Source of the DNA: Octopus sinensis
Lineage: Eukaryota
Length of the DNA stretch: 64,000 nt
Direction of reading: 5' to 3'
NCBI RefSeq assembly: GCF_006345805.1
Contig: NC_043008.1
Location: 61,070,001-61,134,000 of the forward strand
Made by a program: the position numbers and the translations under genes. The notes under the pieces are model-generated. The model worked only from the letters and a program-made list of their open reading frames with translations. It was not told where the DNA came from and made no database searches. Of this stretch, positions 1 to 12,889 are shown one piece after another (position 1 is the stretch's first letter; every line of letters starts with the position of its first letter).

Positions 1-151
1 TTTGAATTAATACGGAAGGTAATTTTATCTCAATGTTCTAGGCGTTTTGTAGCTCTCTTCTACCACTACAAAATCTGTATAATGTTCTTCAAATTTGAAT
101 AAATTTTAGCTCATCAGACATGTGATGATATAGAGTGAAGAAGAAGAAGAA

Positions 152-1378
152 AATGAAAATGTTCGATACCTGTTACTCGTCACTTTCGATCAATGCTTTA
201 AAGCTGCCGAAGCCGGTCGAGACATTTGTGTTGCACACGACGAAGGTGCGGATACTATAATAACTGCATAGAATTAAATAGATTTGAAGCTCGAAGTATG
301 TAAATATCGATCTAACAAATTCTCAGAATTCTGGTCTATCTTTCCAATTCAATGGGAATCAAATGAAAGAGTTGTATTCAAGTATATCTGTAATAATTAA
401 CTCGGAGATTGTCCCAGTAGATGGGATGCTCTCATTATACCCGTCACCTTCATTCGATGGCTACAGTAAAAAATCTCGGTGCTTGTTTGCCACACGCTCC
501 AAACGAGAGAAAATTCATTCTAGTGCTTCTCTACCGCTGTCAGTTTACTTCCTCGATATTAGGGTATGCGTGAAGACAAACACAAATTACTTTACAGTAA
601 ATTTACTGATGATGAAATACACTACCGTCAGAAATTAATTAGCACCCTTGATTTGCTCTTCACTCAAGGTATGTGCTGTCACCTAGTTGCCATATCTCGA
701 ACTATTGCTTTGTTGCGAGTTCACTGTTGCGCAGAACGATGACGTAACTTTGTTTGCAGAGCAGTTTGAGAGTCTACAGCCTTATGATGTTGACATAGCA
801 GTGCAACAACAACTTGGAGTGCGGATGCAGACAAATCTTCCTTTGTTTAATAGAAATAGGTAGCGCCTCGCAAGGACCGAAATCACACCATACTAAGTTT
901 TCTCATCGCGTAAGACGTTTTGAACAGCTCATAGGTTAATTGATTTAACCTATTTAATGTAGAAATTTGACGCAAGTGTATGTTGTCTTTACGTCAGTGA
1001 TAAACAGATGCAAGAATGACTGGGTCCCAGCGAGCAAGCAAATTCGCGAGTCAGGCCATAGTTGAATCCAGGTATGAGAAAGATCAACGTTTCATGGGAT
1101 TGGGAAATACTAATCCATTACGAACTTCTTCAAAACAATCTCACAACTGATGAGGAGCAATAGGTTCAGCAAATCCAATGGCTGGACAAGCACACACGAT
1201 GTAACGGAACGACAAAAGACATAGTATACTTCTTCAACATCACAACACACGCCCCCAGCTCTCTAATTCCACAAAAAGTGGTGTCCAGGAGCTACGAGGG
1301 TAAGTTCTCTTGAACCAGTCATATTCTCATGTGTAGTGCCTACAGACTCACATTTTCGGTTACTTTTCGACAGTCTAA
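152..1378 (+). pseudogene. Decayed mariner transposase remnant (N-terminal HTH piece plus catalytic-domain piece)
   Basis: Hand translation: 152-268 gives NENVRYLLLVTFDQCFKAAEAGRDICVAHDEGA (mariner N-terminus). About 978-1378 gives CCLYVSDKQMQE*LGPSEQANSRVRP*LNP..SWDWEILIHYELL..LLQHHNTRPQ (WCLY, WWDW and QHDNARPH-like motifs) with stops and frameshifts. About 300-950 is not assigned. Confidence 0.75.
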
Positions 1379-2785
1379 TGTGAAATGATCAAAGTTTGTA
1401 GCAAGTCGTGCTCTGTACTATGACACTAAATCAGATCGTCTTCAGTTATTCATATATGCATCACATTTAATCTTTCTGCGAAATTATGTGGCTTTTATTG
1501 AAATCGTCACTCTAATTATATTTCTGTCATCAAAGCATTGACAAGAAAACTTATACCTAAGTGTGTGTGTGTGAGTGCGTGTGTGTCTGTGGGTGTGTAT
1601 ATGTGTATGTATGTGTTTGGGTGTGTGCATGTGTGCGTATGCGTGTGTGTTTGTGTGCGTGTGCGAGAGTATGTGTATGTATATATACATACGCACGCGC
1701 ACACGCACAAATCTATGTATATATTAATGTATGCATGTATTCCTAGGAAATTATATATGCTAGCTGGACCCCTAAAAAATTCACGGAAAACGTAAAATGT
1801 GTAAGCATCTGTAAAATGTGTGCTGGTGCCATGAGAAATGTTTCTATAGTGTGACAGTTACAGAATATAGAAAACAATGTAAAACCGATAACTATATAAT
1901 CCAGCCGAAATATCTGTTACAAAATCGTAAACAGAATTAGTGGATCTTTTCACTTTGACCGGCAGATTTTTAAAACTATTTCTTTGTAACAAAACAATTT
2001 TAAACTTCGTATACTGGTAGAATGTGTTACATAAAAAATCTTTTTCTCTTGGCTTTCTTGAGAAAATTCTGTAGTTTGTAAGCTATTTCTTGTTAATTTT
2101 CTTGCATTTTGGCAATTTCAACCAATCAATGACGTCTATTGAGGTGAATACAATCTCTGCTGTTCTTTGTCCCAAAATATAAAACATTCATCTAAAAATA
2201 TTTTCCAGTTTCCGATAACTTTGGTTTGGAAATGGTGGCGAAAAGTTGTTCTGGATAGGGAGCAAATGTTTTCTAAGTATCTCATTTCTTGTGTGGCAAG
2301 TGTTGATGCGACTTTCGTTCATATAACAGTGCCTTGCATTTGTAGATAATAACTATTATCAAAAAGTAGCTGTTTTCTTGTACTATCTGTAAAACTTTAA
2401 ATATAAATTCTTTTGACACTTTCCTGTATTCTTTGTGGATGTTTGTTTATCCAGAATACTACTGCTTCGAGTCCATGCATAAGAGGATTATTTGTGTAGA
2501 GACTAGTTACCCGTTATCTACCCGTATTGGGATATGGTTTAAGAAGCCCATATCCAAGTCTGCTGAAAATGGTAACCAATCAGCATATATATATATATAC
2601 ACACTCGTAATTATTTGTAATTGTTTTTGTAATAATTGTAATTATTTTTGCGCTTATATCTTCTAAGGTGGATACCTATGTGCAAAAAGAATAGAATGCC
2701 GAACGCTGCCGAATCATTTGTAGCGGATTTTTTATGCAATTACCATCACCATCATCACTAACACTTCAATACATACCTTCAGTTA

Positions 2786-3015
2786 AGGGTGAGAACTGGC
2801 AGAAACGTAAGCACGCCGGGTGAAATGCTTAGTGCTATTTCATCTGCCCTTACGTTCTGAGTTCAATTTCCAACGAGGTCGACTTTGCCTTTCATCGTCT
2901 TGGGTTTGATAATTTAGTATCAGTTACGTTCTGGGGTCGATCTAATCGACTGACCCCACCGCATCAAAAAAAAAAAAAGAAGAAATTCGGGCCTTTAGCT
3001 TAATGTAGAAAAGAT
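2786..3015 (+). mobile_element. OK-type SINE, older diverged copy
   Basis: Matches the CTGGCAGAAACGT..GAGGTCGACTTTGCCTTTCATC..GGGGTCGAT pattern of the copies at 32381, 57405, 58081 and 62785. Family name is from recall. Confidence 0.75.
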
Positions 3016-3755
3016 TACACACCTTAAATTAATTTGTCATCCAAGTAATTCTGGCAATTCACGCGATAGCAATTTTTCGCAACAATTTCAATTAATGCTG
3101 GATGAAATTTCACTTCCCAAGTTTAGCCTGTTTTTGTTTTTGACTAATTAAATTTATTGAAGTACAACCAAACTATTGTGTGCATGAAGTGCTACTTTCC
3201 CTTCGGATATATATATATTCAACATTTGTAATATTAGATTTCATTGAATGTAAGCAATTTGCTTCTGTTTAATAAATTTGTTAGTTTACGTTCATTTTTT
3301 TAATGTATATTCGTTTACAAATATTTCAAAATTCAGCAGTCTATTCAAGTTTAGATATATTATGTGTTAAGCGTGAGTTTTTATCATATATTCAGGTAAA
3401 TTTCATCATATAATTTTAGTACATATTAAATGTTATTGTTTCTTACAAGAAACAAATATCGGACTCCATATCGTGAGAGCGTGACTGAATACTGAATGGC
3501 AGCATTTTATTAAAGAATTGCTAGGAAAGACGATTGATTGTTTTTCAAAATCTAAGAAAAGTTCAATTTCTTGGAGAATTTCAAATTTTATATGTATGTA
3601 TGTACGTATGTATGAATGTATGTATGTACGTACATATGCAGATGTATATATTTATGAATACATACATAGTTGTATATTCATGTATATATATGTACATATG
3701 TTGACATGCATGTATATACACACGTATATATAATATATATATATGTATATATATG

Positions 3756-3830
<75 letters not shown>

Positions 3831-3879
3831 TATACATATATATATACATGCGTATTTATATGGTCCCCACACAATATAA

Positions 3880-4335
3880 AATTAACGGTGCAACTGGAGG
3901 CAATCCATCGGATTTACACAAAGAAAATCGTTTCAATGCAACGTACCAGCTACTGCGAAAGACTGAAAGGATTAAAAATATTCTCCCTAGAATGAAGGCG
4001 GGCAAGATATGCAATGGTATACATCTGGAAAATCCTGGACGTTTGGTACAAGGCCTTGTCCCAAACTTTGGTACTGGAAATTACACAGACCGAACACCTG
4101 TGTAAGGTGTCAAAGATCTCTATCAAAATAGTGGACCAGATTCTGCAAAAGTGTGGATTTTAAGGGCCCACAACTCTTCAATAACCTTTCAAAATGCCTG
4201 AGAGACCTGCATGGTGTGGATGTAAGTATCTTCAAAACAAAACTGGATGTCCTTGTGTCAAAGGATCCATATGAGACCACCTCACGCCAATAAACATAGA
4301 TGAGGGCAGCTGCATCAAACTATCTCATTCAAATG
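3880..4335 (+). mobile_element. CR1-type LINE 3' fragment
   Basis: Translation KIVSMQRTSYCERLKGLKIFSLE*RRARYAMVYIWKIL..GLVPNFG..FKGPQLFN..RDLHGVDV..FKTKLD is typical of a CR1-group C-terminus. Degenerate. Confidence 0.7.
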
Positions 4336-5418
4336 TCATAGAGGTTTCGAATAACAGTGTAGCACCGCCAACGGTGGTGCGCCAAGATGACTGTAGCTTT
4401 GAAGCTCGAAGAATTTAAGGATTTTAAAGATTTTGTATATACATGTATATGTACTACAAATATACACACACATATACATACATATGCAAACACAAGCATA
4501 CATATGTACACTAGAATTAATCACCTCAGGTTACATCGCTCCTAATGTACATCACAGTGGTGTTGTTATCTAACTTAAGAATATTTACTCTAACTAGGTT
4601 TTAGAACTGCGAAATCAAGTCCATTTTATTTCGTTTGCTTAAAAGTTAACATTGTTTAACGTGCCAAATGGATACCTGAAACGCTGCCGAAACTAAAATT
4701 ACGTATCTCACTTGATGTTAAAGTATGAAATGCGAACGGAATAAAAATGGCAAAAAGAAAAAAATTATACAAGAAGTAACCAAATAATATAAACGTCAAA
4801 AGAAATTGGAAAGAGTAGAAAGAGGTTTGAATAGAGCGTTCTTTTCTTATATTTGGCTGTGAAAATAGAAAGAAAGAAAGAAACGAAGGACAAAAATAAC
4901 AAAAGCGAAATAAAATTGTGAAAGTCTAGTTTCAAGTGGATAGATAATTTGACGCCAGAAATTACTCGACTGGCAAGCTAAGTTCTTGAAGAAAGATAAA
5001 AAAAGTTGTAATAAAATCAATGACATTCTTTTAGCCCTCTGCTTAAATTTAGCTGTTTCGACTTAGCATCATAACTTTAGCTCCAGACGTGACACACTTG
5101 CCTAACGAATAGCAATAGTACTTGTATTTCATAGGTTCAAACTTCTTGATCAAATTTGATTTTTTTTTTTTGCAGCCTACGGCTATTTCTTCCTGTGTCT
5201 CCGTCGATCTATGTGTAACTATTTCACTATTGCAAATGAGAAATCATAAATGTGAGATTGTTTAAAACATATGGGCGATTGTCATTCGTTATTTCTGCGT
5301 TTATTAGGTGTGTGCAAGTTTGCACACGTGTGTGTGTGTCCATCTGTTGTGAAATTACGCACGAAAAGAGAGCACACATACATTTACACATATAGACAAA
5401 CGTGTTCATATATACACC

Positions 5419-5501
<83 letters not shown>

Positions 5502-5729
5502 GTAGTTGTGTGTGTATTTATGTATATAAATTTGTGTGCACATATGTATACATATCTATCAATCTATTTCCTTTTTATCTATCCTATCTATCTATCGGTC
5601 CGCCTGATTGCCTACCTGCCTGTCTGTCCGCATGCCTTCTTTTCTGCCTGTCTGCTTCCTGCCTGTCTGCCTCTGTCTCACACTGTCTCTCTTTCTCTGT
5701 GTATGTGTATATATATATATACTATATAT

Positions 5730-5763
<34 letters not shown>

Positions 5764-5856
5764 ATATATATATATATAGATATATATATATATATATTAT
5801 ATATATATATATATATAATATATATATATATATATTATATTATATATATATATACA

Positions 5857-6260
5857 CTCTTTTATTCTCTTTTACTTGTTTCAGTCATTTGACTGCGGCC
5901 ATGCTGGAGCACCGCCTTTAATCGAGCAACTCGACCCCGGGACTTATTCTTTTGTAAGCCCAGTACTTATTCTATCGGTCTCGTTTGCCGAACCGCTAAG
6001 TAACGGGGACATAAACACACCAGCATCGGTTGTCAAGCAATGCTAGGGGACAAACACAGACACACAAACACACACACGCATATATATATACATATATACG
6101 ACGGGCTTCTTTCAGTTTCCGTCTACCAAATCCACTCACAAGGCTTTGGTCGGCCCGAGGCTATAGTAGAAGACACTTGCCCAAGGTGCCACGCAGTGGG
6201 ACTGAACCCGGAACCATGTGGTTGGTAGAGAAGCTACTTACCACACAGCAACTCCTGCGC
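5857..6260 (-). mobile_element. tRNA-derived SINE with CORE-like CCTTGGGCAAG segment and internal (TA)/(TG) tract
   Basis: Reverse complement begins GCGCAGGAGTTGCTGTGTGGTAAG..GGTTCAGTCCC (Pol III A/B-box-like). Near-identical copy at 46936-47244, diverged copy at 11391-11560, tail-only piece at about 20297-20350. Confidence 0.8.
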
Positions 6261-6278
6261 ATATATATATTTATATAC

Positions 6279-6309
<31 letters not shown>

Positions 6310-7123
6310 ATATATATATATGCGATGGTCGGTTTGTAGCTATACAGTTTGTAGCTATACAGTTAATTAAGGCGCTGTAGAATGTGACTGAAGCCGAAAG
6401 CGACTGATTGCAGCCATGCACGTATGAATATACTGTCGCAAATATATTTGTTAGTAGTTAATGTGCATTTCTACAAGTCGGCTACTCACAACTGCAGGTT
6501 TTTGCAGAGGTTTCAAGATATATGGAACACGCCTTCTTTCAATTCAAACGTAACTATATCCCTTCGAAGAGGATTCCCTTAAACTTTGAACTACGTATTA
6601 ATCTTTCATATACAGTAGTGTAACAATATGACATTGCTCTGAGCAGTGACAGGAAACTCAGTCTAACAGGATTTCTGTAATATGTATTAGAGTCATTATT
6701 GGTAATCGTCCGTTGAGAAGAGACTAGAGCGGATGTCAATGAATGATGATAATTACCTAAGATACATTCCGTACTAATAGTTTGAGATTTAATCAGAAAT
6801 AAAGAATGAACATTTCAGTAATTTCAAAAGCATAAACGCTACATGATTTGTCGGTCTTCTAGAAATAGTATTCATTTATGTATACCATATTATAAAGTAT
6901 GAAAGACGAATAAGAAATGCATATTCAATAGTGCAAAATTATCAAGAAAATTAACATACATCTTCCATATTGTATGATGAAAAGTTGCCGGTGTGGTTTT
7001 CTGAAATGAATGGTGCAGGTGGTAGTAGACGTAATCAGGCATCTATAGCTGGCAGGTATCAGCAGTGATGGTTTTGCTGCGATATATATGTATATATACA
7101 TATATATATTATAATAATCTATA

Positions 7124-7192
<69 letters not shown>

Positions 7193-7261
7193 ATTATATA
7201 TATATAGATATATTAGTGAATGAAAGAAATGAGCTGAACGAAGATTGAACAGAAATCGTTT

Positions 7262-7353
7262 TATTTCATTCTACACGTGTTTCGAAAGGCACAATTTACC
7301 AAAATCCGATTGATAATGAGACCATATTGTGTATTTCTCTTCATTAAGAAATA
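7262..7353 (-). ncRNA. Hammerhead ribozyme motif, core-mutated copy (left repeat)
   Basis: Same architecture as 9265-9357, but TTCCTGAAGA reads TTAATGAAGA, so C3 and the adjacent stem I pair are lost. Confidence 0.5.
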
Positions 7354-8016
7354 GGAAATCCGTTGGAAAAAACAAAAACAGAACAGAGGCGGAGCAAAAC
7401 AAATCGAACTAGAGCCCATGGCCAAACTGTTTATCAGTGTATGTTGAGAACGGGTGGTGGGTGCGTTGAAGATTTTAATGGGTCAGGCAGCGGTCATTCC
7501 TGTGGGTGAGGGCACGGGGTGTGTAGATGTTCTTTGTGACCGAGAGTAAAGTTCTGACTATTTAAAGAATATTGGATGTATTATATGGGGCGAGCAAAAT
7601 CTACTTAGAGACATGTGTGTGTTTACTGTTTTTATATGTGTGCTGGCGCAAGTTGGTAAGAAGCGCTATTTTCTGGTCACTGCTGAGACCTCCGGGGTAG
7701 AAAACATTTTTTGTGTACGTGTGTGCGTTTGATCGCGCGGCTGTCAGTTGTTAAACAGCTCTACACAATGGTCACTGCAGTAAGAACCGTCGGGCGGCAG
7801 AAAAATATTTTATGTTTTATGTGTGCGTGTGTTCGTCTAATCATGCCTTGTCAAAGAAACCCCCCGTCGTCAAAAACAAAGCCCCATTCATCTCACAGGA
7901 GTAATTCCCCTTGCAGTGGTTAATCATATTTCTCTTAAAGGCCTTTTTCAGAATTTATTACCAAGGGCTATTTTCATATAAGTAGTGTAACCGGGTGCAG
8001 GTATTATATATAAGCG

Positions 8017-8505
8017 TTATTTATAAGCAAGATAAGTATAACGCCGCCAATGGGGGCATCGAAAAGCCGACTGTAAAAGTCCGTTTGCCATCCGGTCTCT
8101 GGCGAACAATATATGGAAGAGTTCGGAGATACAAAGGTTGCACTTCCTTCTGTCCCTATCAAATGGGAGGGCCACCGACAAAATTGACCATTCCAGCCTG
8201 TAGCTTGAGTTCGTATTCTTCAATCGCCATATTAGCTTGCTGAGTCCCGTGGTCTGGCGTTTATTCATGTCTCGAAAAGTTGCGTAATGGTTGGAGATTC
8301 GTAAAGCCAATCTTGGCGATGAGGCCCCTACATAAGCGTAGACATCTGAGTCCGTGTAAACCTTGCATTGGTAGACGGCGTTTCTGATCTTGGAGTTCGC
8401 CGACGTGAATCTTATTCTGCTAGGATTAGTTTCTGAAATTAGAACTGCGTTACTGTCACTATATTTGTTGCGAGAACTGCAGCCGCTTAATACTTTATTT
8501 TCCAC
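8017..8505 (-). CDS. Penelope-type GIY-YIG endonuclease domain (frameshifted from its upstream linker; RT missing)
   Basis: ORF contains NAVYQCKV..AYVGASS..LRISNH..F..TTGLSKLIWRLK..Y.LEWSIL..CNLCISE..CPH, the Penelope endonuclease signature. Confidence 0.85.
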   Translation of the reverse strand: MENKVLSGCSSRNKYSDSNAVLISETNPSRIRFTSANSKIRNAVYQCKVYTDSDVYAYVGASSPRLALRISNHYATFRDMNKRQTTGLSKLIWRLKNTNSSYRLEWSILSVALPFDRDRRKCNLCISELFHILFARDRMANGLLQSAFRCPHWRRYTYLAYK

Positions 8506-9264
8506 TACGTCACTATTAACTAACGGAATAACCCCTGGTTCTCCACTATCTATCAGAGTACTGTCATTGCTAGTGCCGTGGTGCTGCTATTGCCGGAAAC
8601 GATGCTGGGGTTGCTAATGGGACTCTCACCTAACGAGCCGAGCTGCGCTCACCTCACTACTGTCATTTTACCGTCAACTACAACACCCCTATTATAACTA
8701 TACCCCTAGTATATAATCCCTGGTTGGAGCTGAGATTATGATTCACTTTACTGGCTCATATCATTATTACTACTATTATTATTCCTACTGAGCATTAAAC
8801 CGGGAGCGGAAGAAGCTGTGCTTCCGGAAAAAGGTGATAGGGTCTTAGTAAGCAGCCTATTATTATGGGAGGCGATTATCTGGGCGAGGTTTTTAGTGTT
8901 TTCTACCCCTTGACGGAGGTATCAGCAGTGACCAGAAAATAGCGCTTCTTACCAACTTGCGCCAGCACACATATATAGAACAGTAAACACACACATGTCT
9001 CTAAGTAGAATTTGCTCGCCCCATATAATACATCCAATATTCTTTAAATAGTCAGAACTTTACTCTCGGTCACAAAGAACATCTACACACCCCGTGCCCT
9101 CACCCACAGGAATGACCGCTGCCTGACCCGTTAAAATCTTCAACGCACCCACCACCCGTTCTCAACATACACTGATAAACAGTTTGGCCATGGGCTCTTA
9201 GGAGCCTAGTTCGATTTGTTTTGCTCCGCCTCTGTTCTGTTTTTGTTTTTTCCAACGGATTTCC

Positions 9265-9357
9265 TATTTCTTCCTGAAGAGAAATACACAATATGGTCTC
9301 ATTATTCAATCGGATTTTGGTAAATTGTGCCTTTCGAAACACGTGTAGAAAGAAATA
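9265..9357 (+). ncRNA. Type I hammerhead ribozyme motif (right inverted repeat; core intact)
   Basis: Stem I TATTTCTTC / GAA(A)GAAATA. Core CTGAAGA at 9274-9280. Stem II GAAA..CACAAT / ATTGTG..TTTC. GAAA at 9336-9339, palindromic stem III ACACGTGT, GUA cleavage triplet. Confidence 0.7.
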
Positions 9358-11390
9358 AAACGATTTCTGTTCAATCTTCGTTCAGCTCCATTTCTTCAAT
9401 TCACTAATAATATTAAAATTCAATTATCCGCACCAACGCACGGTTGCAACACCATATGGTTGTACCTCCAACCGTGCTGTCTTCTGCTGTGATTTTTGCT
9501 ACCAAGGTATCGGTTAAACTTTTGATTAATCTGCTACAAGATTATTCATCTTTCTATTTCACATAAATTATATATATATATAATTGGCTAAACTGGCAAT
9601 ATGACCATTCCGAAACATAACAATATATATATATATATATAATGTATATATATCGCATGAATTGCACAACAAGAGTAGGTTGCTGCAACTATCCCAATAA
9701 GTGGCAAGTGTGCTTATTGTCGGTGGAAGGCTAAGAAGATTCCACCTGTTTGCTGTCAAATAACAAGCATTTAGTCTGTGCCCTAAAGCGCTATACAATC
9801 ACGTGGGTCAAAATTAGCTAAATGTAAAAAAGTAATCGAAATGTAAAAAGCAATCGATAGAATAAGTACTAATCTTATACAAATTCGAGTAAAATTCTTC
9901 AAGGTGATGCCACAGTATGGCCGCAGTCTAATAACTGAAACAAGTGAAAGAATGTACGAAATGACTATTTGGTGATACATTGTTTTCTAGATATATTTTT
10001 TGAAATAGCTAATGAATTTTAGAATATTTTTCTTTGAATATTGTGAATGTGTGAAGTTATTTCTATAAACAGCTTTATCAATACATACTCACACAGAAAT
10101 ACTCAGACACACAGACACACACCCAACACACACACATATATATATGCATATATACACATATACATACATGTTAGCACACACACACACATATATATATATA
10201 TATACAGATGTATATACACACATATATGAATGTAGGTATATATATATGTATGTATATATAAATAAATTTATTAATATATGTATGTATATATAAATAAATT
10301 TATTAATATATGTATTTATATATATATATATATATCAGTGTGTGTGTGCATGTACATATAGATACATATATAAATAAGGTATTCAGATACATATATACAT
10401 GTGTGCATACATACATACAGACAGAAATATAGGTCACTCGCTGTTCCTATATAGAATATATCCAGTGAATAGCTATATGAATACGGGTTTCAAATTTTAG
10501 TACAAGCCCCAAAATTTCATGGGGCTGGGTAAGTATATTAGCTCAACCTCGGTGTCTAAAGAATGAGAGTCTAAAAAAGGAGAGTCAAAGTAAACCAAAT
10601 CGGAAACTAAACTCAGAAAAATAAAGGCGAAAGAAAAACCAGTAAAGTAGCAATGTGAATATTAAAAATCATTTAGGCACGTACAGTCCTTCGCACAGAA
10701 ATAATATTTACACATACAAGCGTGCGTTAGACACACACAAACACACACTAGCGTGCACACAAGTTCGTGTTTATACACATACACACTCATACCCTCAGAC
10801 ACACACGCAGTGAGCTAGTTTTATTAGGTACACATCAATATCACTATTCGAGTAATTTGTTGGAAAAATCGTAAATGTAATAAATCCACAAGGTATATGC
10901 AGCATTCAAGGGAACAACTATGTTTGTACACTTCATTGCTGTCACTAATGTCTAGCAATTAAGGTAAAGCTGCTTAATAGCACACCTTTGATTTCTTTTA
11001 TGACGTTATAATTATGTATAACCAAAAGAATCCAGTAATAACATTGGTACTGAGTCATGTAATTTCACACAACAGCATTGACAGACATATATGTATACAT
11101 GCTTGTGTGTATGTGAGCGTGTGTATTCGTATGTGTGTGAGCGTGTATATATGTGTGTGTACGCGTGTGTGTATATGCAAATTGAATTGATTGATTGGAA
11201 TTTACTCGGCTTTCAATCGATTGTAGTCATTTGATACCGATGGAGAGTGGGAAAAAGACATCAATCTCAAGAATTAAAAACAAATCTGGAAAGTTAACAA
11301 CCCTGTTATGTCAATATTTGTCTGATACATAGGTAAAGAGTACAACTATAAATGACTGCTTCGAAACCTCCATAAATTCCTATTTATAAA

Positions 11391-11560
11391 GGCACAGAAG
11401 TGGTTGTGTGCTAAGAAGCTTGCTTCCTAACCACATCGTTCCGGGTTCAATTCCACTGCGGGGAACCTTGGGCAATCGTCCTCTAACATAACCTCGGGTC
11501 GACCAAAGCTTTGTGAATGACCTTGGTAGACAGAAACTGAAAGTAGCACGACGTATATAT
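11391..11560 (+). mobile_element. Diverged tRNA-derived SINE head (same family as 5857-6260)
   Basis: GTGGTTGTGTGCTAAG..CCGGGTTCAATTCC..CCTTGGGCAA..GACCAAAGC.TTGTGA. Confidence 0.7.
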
Positions 11561-11856
11561 ATAAGTAAGAAAAATGTACAGGTGTCAATACATTACAGCT
11601 ATTTCAAGTGGCTTCTTTTAATTGATTAATAAAAAAACATTACAAGAACTTAAATGAAAAGAACGGGGTCGATTCTAATAATAACATAAATACCGATAAT
11701 GAAATCGTAATTAATAATCAAACTCGATGTTCGGGAAATAGTACCAGGGATGATAGGATCCGCTTCCAGAGACATAAGAATAATAGGAATAATAACATGG
11801 ACTGGTATAACATTCCTTTCAGTAGTGTAATCTCTACTAATATATATAATAAATTT

Positions 11857-12242
11857 GGAGGCGCAATGGCCCAGTGGTTAGGGCAGCGGACTCGCGGTCA
11901 TAGGATCGCGGTTTCGATTCCCAGACTGGGCGTTGTGAGTGTTTATTGAGCGAAAACGCCTAAAGCTCCACGAGGCTCCGGCAGGGGATGGTGGTGATCC
12001 CTGCTTTACTCTTTCACCACAACTTTCTCTCACTCTTACTTCCTGTTTCTGTTGTACCTGTATTTCAAAGGGCCGGCCTTGTCACTCTCTGTGTCACGCT
12101 GAATATCCCCGAGAACTACGTTAAGGGTACACGTGCCTGTGGAGTGCTCAGCCACTTACACGTTAATTTCACGAGCAGGCTGTTCCGTTGATTCGGATCA
12201 ACCGGAACCCTCGTCGTCGTAACCGACGGAGTGCTTCCATCC
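11857..12242 (+). mobile_element. tRNA-derived SINE (OR/Ceph-type) with 13-bp TSD
   Basis: tRNA-like head GGAGGCGCAATGGCCCAGTGGTTAG..GGTTTCGATTCC. TSD ATATAATAAATTT at 11844-11856 and 12243-12255. Confidence 0.85.
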
Positions 12243-12889
12243 ATATAATAAATTTATTGCGATTTGGGAGAAAACCTTTACAACTTGACGTAAGTATAAC
12301 AAACCCTTCTCTCGTAGGAGAATCAAAGTCTCTTATTCCACCATTCGATATATAGTTATGATTATAACCTGCTTGAACAGAAGAAACATATAATTACACC
12401 GCGAGATTGATAATAATAATGATGATAATGGTAATAGTGGGTTAACTCCTAATACTGATTCTAATAATAATAGTAGACATGTAAGAATCAAAAATATCAT
12501 GGATAATACTGAGAATCCACTCTCAGCTAGCCACGATGCAGTCAGTATAGGTATCAGAGCCAATAAACCGCAGATGAAACACCAGATATCCCAAATGCAA
12601 TCATTACTGGTTCATGGCAAAATATCTAATGATAAAGTCCGAAATAATAGGGATAATAAAAATAGAAGTAATAATACTTATTATAATAACTTGAAAAATA
12701 GTGACATAACACTTGGTAATACTTCTACGAATTTGAGCGATACCTCGAAGACGTTATCGCTCAAATATTAATGATAGGGTAAACAATATCCGCAGTTGTA
12801 ATTGTAGGGAAGGATCCCAATGCCCGTTATTAGGGATAAAGCCAACAGCATCATATTATCTACGAAAATCTTGTCAAACAAGGATACTA

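Larger units (their letters stand above)
7211..9409 (-). mobile_element. 5'-truncated Penelope-like element with inverted terminal pseudo-LTR copies (7211-7706 and 8897-9409)
   Basis: The two arms are reverse complements with only a few substitutions and short indels. Between them lie a GIY-YIG ORF and the RT C-terminal motif NTKNLAQIIASHNNRLL at about 8850-8900. The left end abuts a (TA)n array. Confidence 0.85.

Noticed and set aside
11857-11930. tRNA gene calls at SINE heads (also 15950, 22715, 39194)
   Set aside because: They continue into SINE bodies, two have clear TSDs, and I could not build complete cloverleafs.
12285-12300. In-frame TGA in the Penelope RT C-terminus as possible selenocysteine
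   Set aside because: It does not fall at a conserved Cys position, the element has other stops and frameshifts, and I saw no SECIS-like structure.
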